From the NCBI GenBank assembly GCA_001599295.1, contig BCGN01000007.1, positions 446,433-510,432 of the forward strand: a DNA stretch of 64,000 nt. The letters run 5' to 3'. The notes beneath the pieces are model-generated. The model was not told the origin of the DNA. It did no database searches and was given only the letters and a program-made list of their open reading frames with translations. Origin of the DNA: Sporopachydermia quercuum. Taxonomy: Eukaryota. Both the position numbers and the translations under genes were made by a program. This document shows positions 12,822-24,686 of this stretch, one piece after another (position 1 is the first letter of the stretch; each line of letters begins with the position of its first letter).

Positions 12822-15377
12822 TTAATACACTTTCTGATTGCCCATTTTCTCAATTTTCTCAATTTTCTCATTTTCACTCTCCATTTCATCATCATCATCA
12901 CTACCATCATAATTCTCTCCTCCAATTGTATTACTAGTAACAGTCTTGACACCACTATCCCTATCACTATTATTATCATTATTATCACTATTGTTATCAC
13001 TATTATCGTTATTATTATCATGACCATTCTCACCTGTGATACGTATTGGACTTCCAGTAGCAATCCCTCCATCATCACTATCAGTATTACTTTCACTATC
13101 ATTGACATTTAACTTGTTACTCATAACTCCACTCCCATTACTGTTTGCTTTCTTGTCTTCCTCCTCATCATTATCCTTTTCATTATCTGAGTCAAATCCA
13201 AACTCCATTTGTACCTCATCATCGTCATCATCATTGAAACCGAAACCAAAACCAAGTTCCACATCGTTCTCCTTAGCTGTTTCCTCCTGTTCTTTCATTG
13301 TTTGTAAAACTTCTTCTTTCCTTTCCCTTANCCTGTACTTTGCTCCTAACGCCATTTTCTCATCAATAGCTTCAACACAGCGCATAGCAACGTTCAATTC
13401 ACTGAAAAACGTCTTACTGAGTTCCTTGTTGATACTTTTCGTTTTAGTATTGATAGCAGATGCTTTGGAGAGGATCTCTAGTTTAATATCGGTATATGGT
13501 GATAAGTATTTGCTGATGGTGTACAAAGAATCTCTGGCTCGGAGATCTCTTCTGAGATTTGCTCTGTCGATACGAGATTCCTTTGCATGAATCCGTCTTT
13601 TGGCAAATGCTACAAGATCAAACCGATTAGGGTTATTTGATTGGAATGCTGTTTGTTGGCTGGTTCCAGAGGACGTCGATGAATCGTTCAAAGCAGCTGC
13701 TAATGGTGTTATAGGTATAGTTGATATTCCAGGGGATGATGCTAACGAGGAAGGAGCTGATGGGTCTAAATCGCTTAATGGTGAGGACATTTCGGTGGTT
13801 TTCCCATCACCGTTGTCAGTAGTGTCAATATGTGTTGTTGATTTTGGTGTAGAAGGTTCAAGAGGCCGGGGTAGTTCATCTTCAGGTGCAGCGAACCCTG
13901 TAGAGCTTGGCCCCAAATGTCCTGTAGACGCATCATTTTTACCGATAGAAGCACCAGTGGTATTCTGTTCTGATGAAGAAGCACCTGCAAACTTGAGATC
14001 TACAAGCCTTTCCTGGTTTCCCGGTAGTTGGCCCAATGGGAGGGAGCCGGTTCCATTGAAGTCTACTCGGAAAACATCCCCTACAAGCTTCTCGATGCCA
14101 GCTTGATTCACCAGTTCGTTATTCTCAGTAACAGCTATCAATTTTCTCAAGGCGAATTCACCCAGACGTCCTTCTTGCACGAGGAGCTCTCTTAGTTTCC
14201 TTGGATCTGTCTCCCGCTGAGTAGCATTAGTAAGAGTAGACATGTAAGTATGGTCAGGGGGAAAACTTGGCATCCACGAGGGGACATAAGCTGGTCTTTC
14301 ATGGGAAGGAGGTATCAGTTCAGTGATTTGCTCCCAATCTTGCTTCACTTGAATATCATGGCCAAAATATGATTCTGGTTGTAAAGTACCTTTAGTTTTA
14401 AACAGTTGAAGTAGCTTTGATTCCGAAGCTACTAGAATGTTGCAGAATTCCGGAACCTTTTCTTTATATACATATAGTTTCGAATATTCAGCGTATAACG
14501 CATTAACGGATATATTTTCCATTTTGATAAGCCCTTGAAGATCTTCTAGACACGGCTGGTGTCTTCTTTGGATAGTGCTGAACTTCTTTAGACTGGAAAC
14601 CAGCTGATTGAAGTAATCTTCAGCAGAAAAAAACAACTGAACTACCAGTTCGTCTGATACGTCTATGGCAGCAGATTGTAGTAGTAGTTTGATGACAGAT
14701 TTGAAGGATGCTCTGAAAGCATCTATGCTCGGTTTGCTAATGGCGAACTCATGTTTCAGTTTTGCCTGTATTGATTGTTTCCGCTGACTCCTTCTTCTCT
14801 CTAAATCGTTTTCAAAAAAATTTGATGGCGAATTTGGCAATGATAATGGTTTGGTCGCGTCTTTCGCATTAGTTGTGCTAGGAGTTGCAGGAGTTGTAGC
14901 AGAAATGATTGATGATGTATTGACGACAATCGAAGTAGTAGCAGAGCTAATAGCAGGATCTGAATCAACTTGAATGTTGCTATTATCATCGTCACCATAC
15001 TCATCAGCATCAAGATCCTCTTCTTCATCATCAAATTCATAAACTACTCCATCTTCAGGTATATCTTCTATATCATCAATAATAGGTACACTGGTGCCAC
15101 GAACCACAGTCTCTAGTGAGCTCTCTTTTACAATGCCAGTATCAACGTCATCGCCTTCAAACTCTACAGGAAATTCACTATCAACATCCACATCAATATC
15201 CATGCCAGTATTAACATCGTCAATAGTCAGAAAGTCCTTTCCTGGCTTAATTGATAGATCGTTCAGATCTAATGGTTGTGCATTGATAGCATCATTAGAT
15301 ACATCTGTCGAAATATGCTTCAGGTTCGTCTCATCAATCAAGTTGACTGCTTCTATATCGTCTTTTTCGTCGCTCAT
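12822..15377 (-). CDS. TAF8: TFIID subunit Taf8-like
   Basis: Histone-fold/BTP-like segment (FNQLVSSLKKFSTIQRRHQPCLEDL) and TAF8_C motif 'YVPSWMPSFPPDHTYMST...RELLVQEGRLGEFALRKL'. First ATG at 15377 (MSDEK). The C-terminus may be frameshifted (see findings). Confidence 0.8.
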   Translation of the reverse strand: MSDEKDDIEAVNLIDETNLKHISTDVSNDAINAQPLDLNDLSIKPGKDFLTIDDVNTGMDIDVDVDSEFPVEFEGDDVDTGIVKESSLETVVRGTSVPIIDDIEDIPEDGVVYEFDDEEEDLDADEYGDDDNSNIQVDSDPAISSATTSIVVNTSSIISATTPATPSTTNAKDATKPLSLPNSPSNFFENDLERRRSQRKQSIQAKLKHEFAISKPSIDAFRASFKSVIKLLLQSAAIDVSDELVVQLFFSAEDYFNQLVSSLKKFSTIQRRHQPCLEDLQGLIKMENISVNALYAEYSKLYVYKEKVPEFCNILVASESKLLQLFKTKGTLQPESYFGHDIQVKQDWEQITELIPPSHERPAYVPSWMPSFPPDHTYMSTLTNATQRETDPRKLRELLVQEGRLGEFALRKLIAVTENNELVNQAGIEKLVGDVFRVDFNGTGSLPLGQLPGNQERLVDLKFAGASSSEQNTTGASIGKNDASTGHLGPSSTGFAAPEDELPRPLEPSTPKSTTHIDTTDNGDGKTTEMSSPLSDLDPSAPSSLASSPGISTIPITPLAAALNDSSTSSGTSQQTAFQSNNPNRFDLVAFAKRRIHAKESRIDRANLRRDLRARDSLYTISKYLSPYTDIKLEILSKASAINTKTKSINKELSKTFFSELNVAMRCVEAIDEKMALGAKYRXRERKEEVLQTMKEQEETAKENDVELGFGFGFNDDDDDEVQMEFGFDSDNEKDNDEEEDKKANSNGSGVMSNKLNVNDSESNTDSDDGGIATGSPIRITGENGHDNNNDNSDNNSDNNDNNSDRDSGVKTVTSNTIGGENYDGSDDDDEMESENEKIEKIEKMGNQKVY
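12890..13090 (-). repeat. Low-complexity D/N/S codon repeats in the TAF8 tail
   Basis: (GAT/AAT/AGT)n runs encoding DNNNDNSDNNSDNND. They explain the spurious overlapping Ile-rich ORFs. Confidence 0.75.
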
Positions 15378-16510
15378 TTTCTTATCATGGTTGAATTTCG
15401 CTTCGCCCTGGGTTGTCTGCCTACAAGCAGCGAATGCTAGATAGATGTAGATGGCGAAAGGAAGGAACAACCAGACTGCAAAGGGGTGCGCTGATTGTTA
15501 ATTGGTAAACAAATAAAAAAGAGGATTAGAAAGCAGTGGATTGTGTAAGTTATGATTGTGTTTTGTGAATTATTGCGTGAATTATTTTGTGGATAGCATT
15601 TTGGTTGATATTATGTGGTTTTGTGGTGATAAATATACAAACCATATATTATATGATTACGCAAACAAATATACATCTAGTAGAATTTCATACTATGGTC
15701 TAAAAGCACCTTTACATCTGTTATGGGACAAAGGGACAAAGTGAGACTTTATGTTGATAGTCCATTGAGAGAATAACAATGGAAGATGAATAGTAAGCAT
15801 TTGATATAAATGTAGAGAAATGCAAATTCTTTTCTACTGGGGAGAGAAGACTTCATGGTGAATTAGCTGCAACAAAAAAGTTGCAAAAAATATTCAGGTA
15901 AGATTGCTCCGGGAAAACTGGAAAGAATGAATGTTTATGAGAAGAGTTCTAAACATGCTGATCGGGATCAACGGAATTAAATGACATGAACATCAAATCA
16001 GCCGTCACAAGACATAAGTAGTATAATACCAGAGTACGTGTTTTCGAAATAAATCAGCTTCTAAGGCTAGCTGGCGTGGAATGGAATCGTTGATAATATA
16101 CGCATATTCAGCGCCTCTAGATCTTGTTGTCTATGACAGCAATGACCATCTGGCTTGATTCATTGCAGTCCATTTGGAGGTAATTGACTAAATATGATAA
16201 CAAAAGGATCCAGTTATTGCATGTAATCCAATGAGATATTTCCCAGCTAATGGTCATAATAAATCCATCCCCTATACTATTGTCCACCAATACCACTATT
16301 ACTTCCTACTCCTACCAATGCAAGCCANACAAAATTCAAACAGTACAATGATGTTTTATTCAGAATGTCGAAAGTTCTCCTAATCAATATATCTAATCTC
16401 CTAAAAAATAGCATAATACAGACTCTCATTCCTCTAAACTCCCTTCAAATACTTCACTTCACTTTATGTACTCTTTCCATTTGACTTTTACCCATCATAC
16501 AACAAACTAT

Positions 16511-17545
16511 TTAGACAAGATTATCAAGTAATGCTTCGATGGCCCCTTGAACATTACCACCGGATCGTCTTAGAGCTCGTACGTTCTTGTCAAAATCAAA
16601 GAAACCCAATTCATTCAATTGTCTTAACTGCGATTCATATCTTTCTTCTGGAGGACGAGTATCTTCTGGTGGAGGAGCTGCAGCAGGGGATGCTCCTGGT
16701 TGAGCAAGATTACCCAAGTTTAAGAAAGGATTAAATGGCATTTGGCCAAAAGGATTGGCCAAAGGAGTTGCATCTTGTGGAGTCGACCCTGCAGCACCAG
16801 TGCTAGCAGCAGTATTTCCTGTTGATGTATTAGGAGGGTTTGATCCAAGACTAGGGAATCCTGCGTTACCTAATTGTGATTGCATGTTCAACATATCTCT
16901 CATGAATTGTGGGTTTGCTAGCATGCTTCTAAATGATTCATTTTGTAGCATTGCTCTCATTTGATCTCTCATAGGTCCTGTTAGCCCTGGTTGCGAGTTG
17001 ATAATAAAATCGATCATTTGAGGATTAGAAAGCATAGCTTGCATTGACTCTTGCATCATTGGATTTGAAAGCATGTCTGAAAGTTGGGCAGGATCAGGTA
17101 ATTGCATACCTCCATCGGGACCAAATGCAGAGGTTGGGGGTAGATTGACACGACCTGCATATCTAGCAGACGTTAGATCAGCCAAAGGATTGAAAGTACC
17201 TGTTCCTGTAGCCATTGGTATTGAAGGTGTAGGGATACTAGTAGCAGAAGTATTAGTGTTATCTCCGGTAGTGGATGCTGCGGCTGTTGACAAGGACGAT
17301 GAGCCAGTTGAAACATTAGGTTTAGCTGCGGATTTTACTAAATGAATGGTCATTCCATCTTTGATTTTATATGATTCTAATGTCTCTTCATCCTTTAACA
17401 CTCTACCAGAGAAGATCAATCGTTGTCTTTCTACTGCGATTTCACTTGTGTCAGCTATTTTACCCTTTAACTCAGCAACTGTATTAGTTGGCTCCACATC
17501 AATGGTGAACTTTTTGTCAGCTGATGATTTGATTGACACTTGCAT
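16511..17545 (-). CDS. DSK2: Ubiquilin-type UBL-STI1-UBA proteasome shuttle
   Basis: N-terminal UBL (QRLIFSGRVLKD...TIHLVKS), M/N/P-rich STI1 repeats, and C-terminal UBA 'PPEERYESQLRQLNELGFFDFDKNVRALRRSGGNVQGAIEALL'. Confidence 0.95.
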   Translation of the reverse strand: MQVSIKSSADKKFTIDVEPTNTVAELKGKIADTSEIAVERQRLIFSGRVLKDEETLESYKIKDGMTIHLVKSAAKPNVSTGSSSLSTAAASTTGDNTNTSATSIPTPSIPMATGTGTFNPLADLTSARYAGRVNLPPTSAFGPDGGMQLPDPAQLSDMLSNPMMQESMQAMLSNPQMIDFIINSQPGLTGPMRDQMRAMLQNESFRSMLANPQFMRDMLNMQSQLGNAGFPSLGSNPPNTSTGNTAASTGAAGSTPQDATPLANPFGQMPFNPFLNLGNLAQPGASPAAAPPPEDTRPPEERYESQLRQLNELGFFDFDKNVRALRRSGGNVQGAIEALLDNLV

Positions 17546-17923
17546 TGTGTTTTTAATTATCCGGATCGTTTGTTGAGCTGCGTTAATTGATCAGCAATAA
17601 ACACTTGATGGTCCAGTTTGCAACCAGAATTACACTATGGAGTTCTTGATCTTAACTTGTGACCAAAGGATATTTCCGTACAGTTTCATACAAAACCCAC
17701 TTACAGTTTGTTTGAATAACTGATTGGGTAGAATATGCTTTTTCATAGCTTTGAATAAATCCTTATCAGTTGGTTGTTCAGTGAATGCAACGTTGTCAAT
17801 TTTAATGCTTTTGAGATCTGGAAGGCGTTTATGAGAAACGTCCCAATACTCGTAGAAGGTACTAGAAAAGGAGAATAAAAGATTACGTGAACAAGTGATT
17901 AAAACTGGGAATTACATAATCAA

Positions 17924-17932
17924 GTCACGTGA
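17924..17932. promoter_or_regulatory. GTCACGTGA (Cbf1 consensus) upstream of DSK2
   Basis: Exact consensus about 380 bp upstream of the DSK2 ATG. Confidence 0.4.
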
Positions 17933-20429
17933 ATATCAGCAAGTGCTTGTTAGCTGTGTTCTGTGTGGTACTAATCCCAATATCGGTATGGTCCGATAGT
18001 TGGCATAAGATATGAATTACAACAGAGGTAATGCTGAAATAGGCCGACATTTCGTAAATTCGGTAAATCACACCTTAAAGGTATAATTATTAAGCTAGAA
18101 ACAAAATATTCATGCAACAACAAACAACTTACTCAAATATCATAGAGAACATGATTGTTGTTGAGACTCTTTTCAGCACGCGAAAGTCGAGTCATTATTC
18201 CGTAATTGTTTTGATCATGCTATATAATGCACAATTATGCTTGTCGCGATATTTATCTATTTATCTTTTTGACAAGTAAAAGCTTATTAAACTTTCATAT
18301 AATATTTTGAATGTCATCAACTTTTCTATAACAAGCAAACCCTATTTTTTCAGGGTCGTACTAGACTTCGAAGTAAAGTTTTGTCCTGAAACAGCAGATC
18401 ACTTGAATCTTGGATCTTGGTTTATGGGGTGCAAGACCAATTATATCCTGATTAGGTCTTGAATAACTAATGGATCGTTTTGATAGTATTATTCATAATG
18501 ATGCTAAGGAAATGCAATGATATTATGAGCCATTTTAAACTGGGTATTAAATTCTGTATCAACGGCAGTAGTTTTTCGAAAACGTCAGCAACACCTTTGG
18601 CTATTCAACGAAGACCAAAGTATCCTGACAGATTCAGGACCGGAGACTTCGCTGGCATCAGAACTTCTAATGAAACACTTCCTTTTCTGATAAATTGGAC
18701 AAACTAATGATCAATTTGGTAAATTAGCTCAGTTGTTCCTTCAACTTTTGCCTGCAAAATTTATGCAGAAACCAGTTCATGCATTCTGATTTCAAAGCAT
18801 ATTTGCTTGGCTTACATGTTGGTCATAAGTTACCCCAAGTTCAATTATCTTGTTTGCAATCGTTGCGAAGTGAAGATATTCACGGTTCAAAGNTTGCAAG
18901 GACATGAGAAAGGCTAAAAGCCTCAAATTGANCATTTAACAAAAATAGGAGTGTTCTATTATGGAAACAATTCACCAAGCTGACATGATATAACTAAGCA
19001 AGCATGANTGTACGAACAAAAGCTCCGGTTTAAAATGTCACACGATACTAGTAGGCGAAAGACCATCATAATTGTAGAATAGCCAAAGCCAGACGTTTTG
19101 TTTTATCTCGTGATCTGGAGAGTACTGCTACTTCTGTTCTAGACAAATTAATAACACCGGTTTTCGCTATAATTTATCCAGTTTGATCTTCCCCTGCCAA
19201 AAGCTATAGGCATTAGTTTCCATAGTGTTTCCCCAGCGGATTCGGCTGGAATTTCTACCCCATTCTCCAATATATCACCAAGAAAACAACAATGGCTGAA
19301 TCTCTTTACACTTATTATTGAGCTCACACTACACTTTTAAACTCATATCCAGCAAATATCGTATATATATGTTGACTGATATATGAACCCTCATAACTCA
19401 TTTACTTTTTCTTTATCTATTCTTCTCCTTCCATTTCCTGTACCAACATGCATCTCTCATGCACTCTATCGTATACCATGTCAAATTGTCACAAACTCTA
19501 ATTGTCAGTTAGTCCCGCATCCATGTAAAATAAAACCTTGCCAAAGCTTTGTTTCCTCCTCTTCTTCTCTCGCGCCCTTTTACTTTTACTTGTATACTTT
19601 GTTTGTTACAGTTAGAATGAATCAAATATGTAATCTCATCGACAGTTGAAACGATATACAATATACATTATCACTATATCTACGACACTGCAAGCAATAT
19701 ATCTCAAGTTTCACGCAATTGTTTCCTGTTCCATCAGATAGCCTGTGTGATTGATTGAGAGTCCTTTTTCTGTTGTATTTCCTATACAATTAACCCATTG
19801 ACACAAACTGGTGCTTTGTTTATTGGTATCTCATCATTATCCTCATCGTATATCAACCATAAACATATTTTGGTATCAAAGCAAAGTGGTTTTCTCTATT
19901 TACTTGCTGAAATACTGAGTTACCTCCTGACTTGAATTGGATCGAATTAGAACGATAGATTGATAGATAAATAGAAAGCTGTGATCATCGCAGAAGGAAA
20001 TAATTAATTAGCTAGGCTAGTTAATTGCATAATATACTGCATAGTTAATTGCATTATTTGTTTGTCAGTTTGTCAGTTGTTTTACCAAGATTTGATTTCT
20101 ATGGTTTCAAAGGGTGAAAATACAACCAGAAGAAAACAAGAAAAGAACAAAAGAGACTGAATTGTTTGCTGATTGGATTCTGTTCATTCCGTTGACCTTA
20201 GTCAGCATACTCTGGGTTTATGGCTAGTGCTACAGGTATTGATACTATTAACACTATTTTTGCTAACTGATAATTCAAACTATCGGCAATAACTGGCATC
20301 TGCTATAACTATCACCAACACTTCCTGACATTGGATATCACCAGACAACCAGCCCCATCCAGACAGACTACCACTATCACTATCACCATCACCATCTGCA
20401 ACCAGCATCTTTCCCCACAAATAAGAAAA

Positions 20430-21184
20430 ATGGCTTCAGAAGACATTTCAACACCTCAAGCAACTTTGGAGATGGAGGCAAGAGCCCTTCAGAGCTTACG
20501 ACGGAAAACTGACGCTATTCTCGCTACGAATCCCCTGTTTTTCGACCATCGCAAGAAAAGAAAACTTACACAGCTGTCGGCAAGAGAAAAGAAATTAAAG
20601 CTTCTTTTGCAGAGCAAAAAAGATACCAGCAGTCACAACCTTTCTAACGATCATCAACAGAACGATGGTACTGACAGTTTACTGAAAAATGACAGTGATA
20701 AACTAGTCGCTGGTGGTAGCGGTTCGGTGCCATTACCAGGATCAGCGTCTGATGCGTCTGATGCTACTGATCCAAGTTTAGGCGGGAAAGCAAAGGTGCC
20801 CCCGTCGTTGGTGAACTCTACCACCTTGAAATCCTTGGGTTCTGTTTCTCTTACGCCAGAACAACAGGCAAACTTGCTAAGTAGTGCGAAAAACACCCGG
20901 AAGGACTACCAATCCTGTGTCAGGTTCTGGAACAAATGGTGCGACGATTGGTACAGCCACTTGCCAGAGCCCTTCCGGTATCATGTCACAAGCATTAAAA
21001 CCCTGGCATTTCTTACTTATTTGGTGAACAGAGGGAACGACAAAATACAGCCGCCTATTGATTTGGCAGAAATCGAGATGGCAAACGCTGCCAAAAAGGA
21101 TAAACCCGGCTTAGATACCGATGACAAACTCACTGATCTGGGGGATGAACCCGATGTGTCGTTAATAGATGCTACTATCAAACA

Positions 21185-21215
<31 letters not shown>

Positions 21216-22049
21216 CAATCACAACAGCAACAACAGCAAGAGCAACTACTGCAACAATTACAGCACCAGAACCAAAATCAGTTACAACAACATCAACTAC
21301 AACAGCAACAACCACCCCAGAAATTCAAACCATACGCTTACTCCACCATAGACGGCTACCTTTCTGCACTGGTAGATCTATACTATAACCAAATAGACAC
21401 TGCTATTGAGAACATGATGAACACTTGGGATCCTCCCCGGGACGAGAAAGTGATTTATTTCATGGATATTCTCAAACATGAACACGGTCCTGTTCGTAGT
21501 AAGAAAAGGAAACAGAAAGACGAGTCGAAGCTAGAAGATAAGCTGGGAGATAGCGGCGATCTTGCCTCTGGGCAGGATTTGCTCGGAATTGATGCTCATG
21601 AGAGTAAAGGAAAAGGCATGCGTATGAAATCCCGTCGTTCGCGCAGCGTGAAGTCGAAACTGGACTCCCAGCACGATGTTTTGGCATCTCCTTCCCAAGC
21701 TCAAGCAGTTGCCCAGGCGCAGGCGCAGGCCCAAGCCCAAGCGCAGGCGCAAGCTCAGGCCGTTGCCCAGGCACAAGCTCAAGCCCAAGCCCAATCGCAA
21801 GCATTCAATATCAATACCAATCCCAATATGCCAATGATGCCTTTTACCTCAAAAGAAGAATACGAAAAGTATATGATGCATTACCCTATGTATATGCCGA
21901 TGATGAACATTTCTCCTCAACTGCAAATGCCAATGATGTCAGTTCAGCAAATGGGGAGTAATGTAAATGTGTCTAATTCACCATCAGGACAATCGTCATC
22001 TGCTTCTAATCAGACTTCACATAGACGTCAACAGTCTGATTTTTTCTAG
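20430..22049 (+). CDS. Crypton/Ndc10/Gcr-like N-terminal (integrase SAM-like) domain protein with polyQ and QA repeats; putative transcription regulator
   Basis: ATG at 20430 in A-rich context. Pattern 'AKNTRKDYQSCVRFWNKWC..YHVTSIKTLAFLTYLVNR..YSTIDGYLSALVDLYYNQ..PPR' resembles the N-terminal domain of fungal Crypton recombinases. Basic NLS-like clusters (RKKRK, SKKRK). Confidence 0.7.
21183..21320 (+). repeat. CAG/CAA polyglutamine tract
   Basis: Encodes QQQQQQQQQPQQSQQQQQQEQLLQQ... Confidence 0.9.
21696..21803 (+). repeat. (Gln-Ala)n dipeptide repeat
   Basis: CAG GCG/CAA GCC units encoding QAQAVAQAQAQAQ... Confidence 0.9.
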
Positions 22050-24686
22050 TATGCGTATACAATAAAATCGAATGGAATGGAGCAAATTTACTGGAATCAA
22101 ATGAATTGAACGAATGAGCGGATAGAATAGGATGGAAAATAATTTCACTATGATGTTTGATAGTTATTTGATGCTTATATGATGCTTATCAAGTAGTTAT
22201 TACTACGGTTATTACTGTTCATATGGTAGTTATTCCTACTATTATTGCCATAGTATAGCTACTGGTTTACTGCGGTTATTAGTACGGTTGTTACTGCAGT
22301 CATTCATATATGTCGTATGATCCATAGTATATATATTATCCATTAATTTTCTATTATTCATCTTGTTACTTCTTTATCATCCATCTACTCTCCTTACCAC
22401 TCCTTTACGACTCTTCATGTTTATATCACTTATTTATTACTATATAACAAGTACATTAAATGAATATCAAAGTATTTTGGAATTAGGAATATTAGCTTTT
22501 AGTTACTGGTTAAACATTTAAGTACTTCTTTTACACTTGATCTAATGATTTGACACTCAGATTAATGAAGACATCTCCATACTTACTGTTTTTCTCCTAA
22601 GGGTAGTAAGGAGTTTGTAGGAGTAGGAGGCTGTGCTCAGTTCGATTCAACTTGTCAAGTTAATTTAAGGACGGATTATGGCTACGAACATATGGTAGAT
22701 TCCTGATTATAGCTATTGAACTTGATATAATGTGAAGCATCAATTGTATCAACAATAGTTTGATTTGATTCGGTATTTTACTTACTAGATGCTAGAGGAT
22801 GTTATTTATTAGATGCTATCGATCAAGTACTATTTAATGAAAATATTTCATGTAGTAGTTAGTATTTATCACAGCTATCATATTTATTATCATTGTCTCA
22901 CATTATTATTCCTGTTTTTCAGGATTCATGTTGTTGCTTTAGCTGTTGTGTTCACTTTTTCTATGATGCTGAAAGTCAATTTAAATGTTAATAAAAATAG
23001 TCAGAAAATGTGGATATTTTGCCTGGTGAACAGCCATTAAATCAAGATTATTTCTTGGTAGTAATAATACTTAAATATTTGAGAGAGCAAGAAAGAAAAC
23101 TGAGTAGAAAACAAGAGTTAAAAGATAAAAGATAAAAGACAAAAGAAACGCAAAGACTTTCTATATTTGACAGATAATCAGCTTAATATCAACGGATTGC
23201 CAGGAGGTTTCAGCTGGTTTCAACAACTTATCAACTAAGGATTGGAATATAATTCACTGATGATTTCGAGGTTTCACTCACTCACTCTTCCATTGCTTGT
23301 TCTTTCTGTTTCAAAAGATTTACTGGCTTTGAGCCTTTTCATTTCTTTGCTTTCTTTGACTGAAACCCGCAAATGATTTTCTTTGAGCTTGGAAAAGCAA
23401 TGAGGATATTTATAAGGATACTTATAGGGAGATTTCAAAAGATTTTGTAATTATATGAACACTTATAGAGATATTTCTAGAGTATAATAACAAACAACGA
23501 TCTACATAAATCGTACACATCAAAAACACTAATCGAAATTACGAACTTCCTTCTCAGTTCTCATACAGGACTAAAAGCCAGTGACTAATAACTAATTGAA
23601 GTAGAGTTTTTGTTAGTTTTCAGAAGGATTTTGAATAGGAAAGTAGTAGTAGATGAGCTTGTTCCCTCTGAGCTTTCAGATGATAGTCATCCAAGAAAGT
23701 ACTGAAATGTGCCTCAGGAAAAGAATCTGGTCTAAAATCCAAATTCCTCGTCTATTATCTATTTCTATTCAATCACACTAATTCTGGCTTGTCGTCTCTG
23801 GTAAAACAACAGCTATCACCACTATGTCTATTATATTCCTCAGTTTGAACTTTATAGCATTTATAGCATTCTCACGTACAGATTCCTCCCATATACAGTA
23901 CAAGAGAGCAGAACTTTTGCTGATATTTCATTGTTTTCAGTACATCTTTTTCAAAATTCACTAAATATTTCCGCTCTTCTTTCGGCAGACCCGACAGACT
24001 TAAACAAAACAGTTTTACACCTTGCTCTTCTTCTTCTGAGCTATTCAACATGAAAGATTTCTATTGCCTTTGATTTTTTCATCACCATAGCATATAAATG
24101 CCCAAAACAACAATATATACATATATGCAGGCGAAACATCATGAGGTGTCTTTCAGTGAAATGTAAATTCATTTAATACCAGAGGAACCAGAGGAACCAG
24201 AGGTTCTAGTTTCTTCTGAGTTCCAAGTTCCGTATTCATATTCAGTCCCGTCCTCATTCCATGATGTGAGATATCCTGCTCTGCCAGAAACCTTCCGTTA
24301 AGTACTATATAAACAGCATCTGCTTCCGAACCCTGAGTATCTCTTTCTCATTCACAATCAAATATCCTGATATTGAAGGATGAAGCATAATGTTCAAAAG
24401 GTATTTTGCTCTCAAGAGTATCACTGACAGACCATTCCGGTCCAGTCATGAGATTAATACGAATAATACTGGAATAACAGCACTGAAANGTGGAAAGAGG
24501 CCATTTCCTATATCAAATGCTTCATATAATGATTCAGGTTCCTTCATAGGTTTCTTCGAAGGTTCCTTTCTATTCAAATCTAGTAGTTATTCATCTGCTG
24601 GCCCTTTCCTAGGCTCTCCTAGTTCTCTTCTACTCCCAGATTTACCTATTAACGCACCACCATGCTTACCATAACTTATCTACTTC

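Noticed and set aside
12785..15444. Several antisense or alternate-frame ORFs over TAF8 (also over KIC1, RPA190, FUN12, UTP21, TRP5)
   Set aside because: These are shadows of low-complexity or biased codons in the real genes; most have non-ATG starts and no motifs.
18480..19649. Short ORFs (75 and 88 aa) between DSK2 and the Crypton-like gene
   Set aside because: No motifs or coding-like bias; consistent with chance ORFs in promoter DNA.
22600..22670. B-box-like GTTCGATTC at 22640 suggesting a tRNA
   Set aside because: The flanks do not form a T-stem, and there is no A-box or cloverleaf.
23258..23363. TGATGA...CTGA pair resembling a C/D snoRNA
   Set aside because: No terminal stem, no internal C'/D' boxes, and no rRNA-complementary guide that I can recognise.
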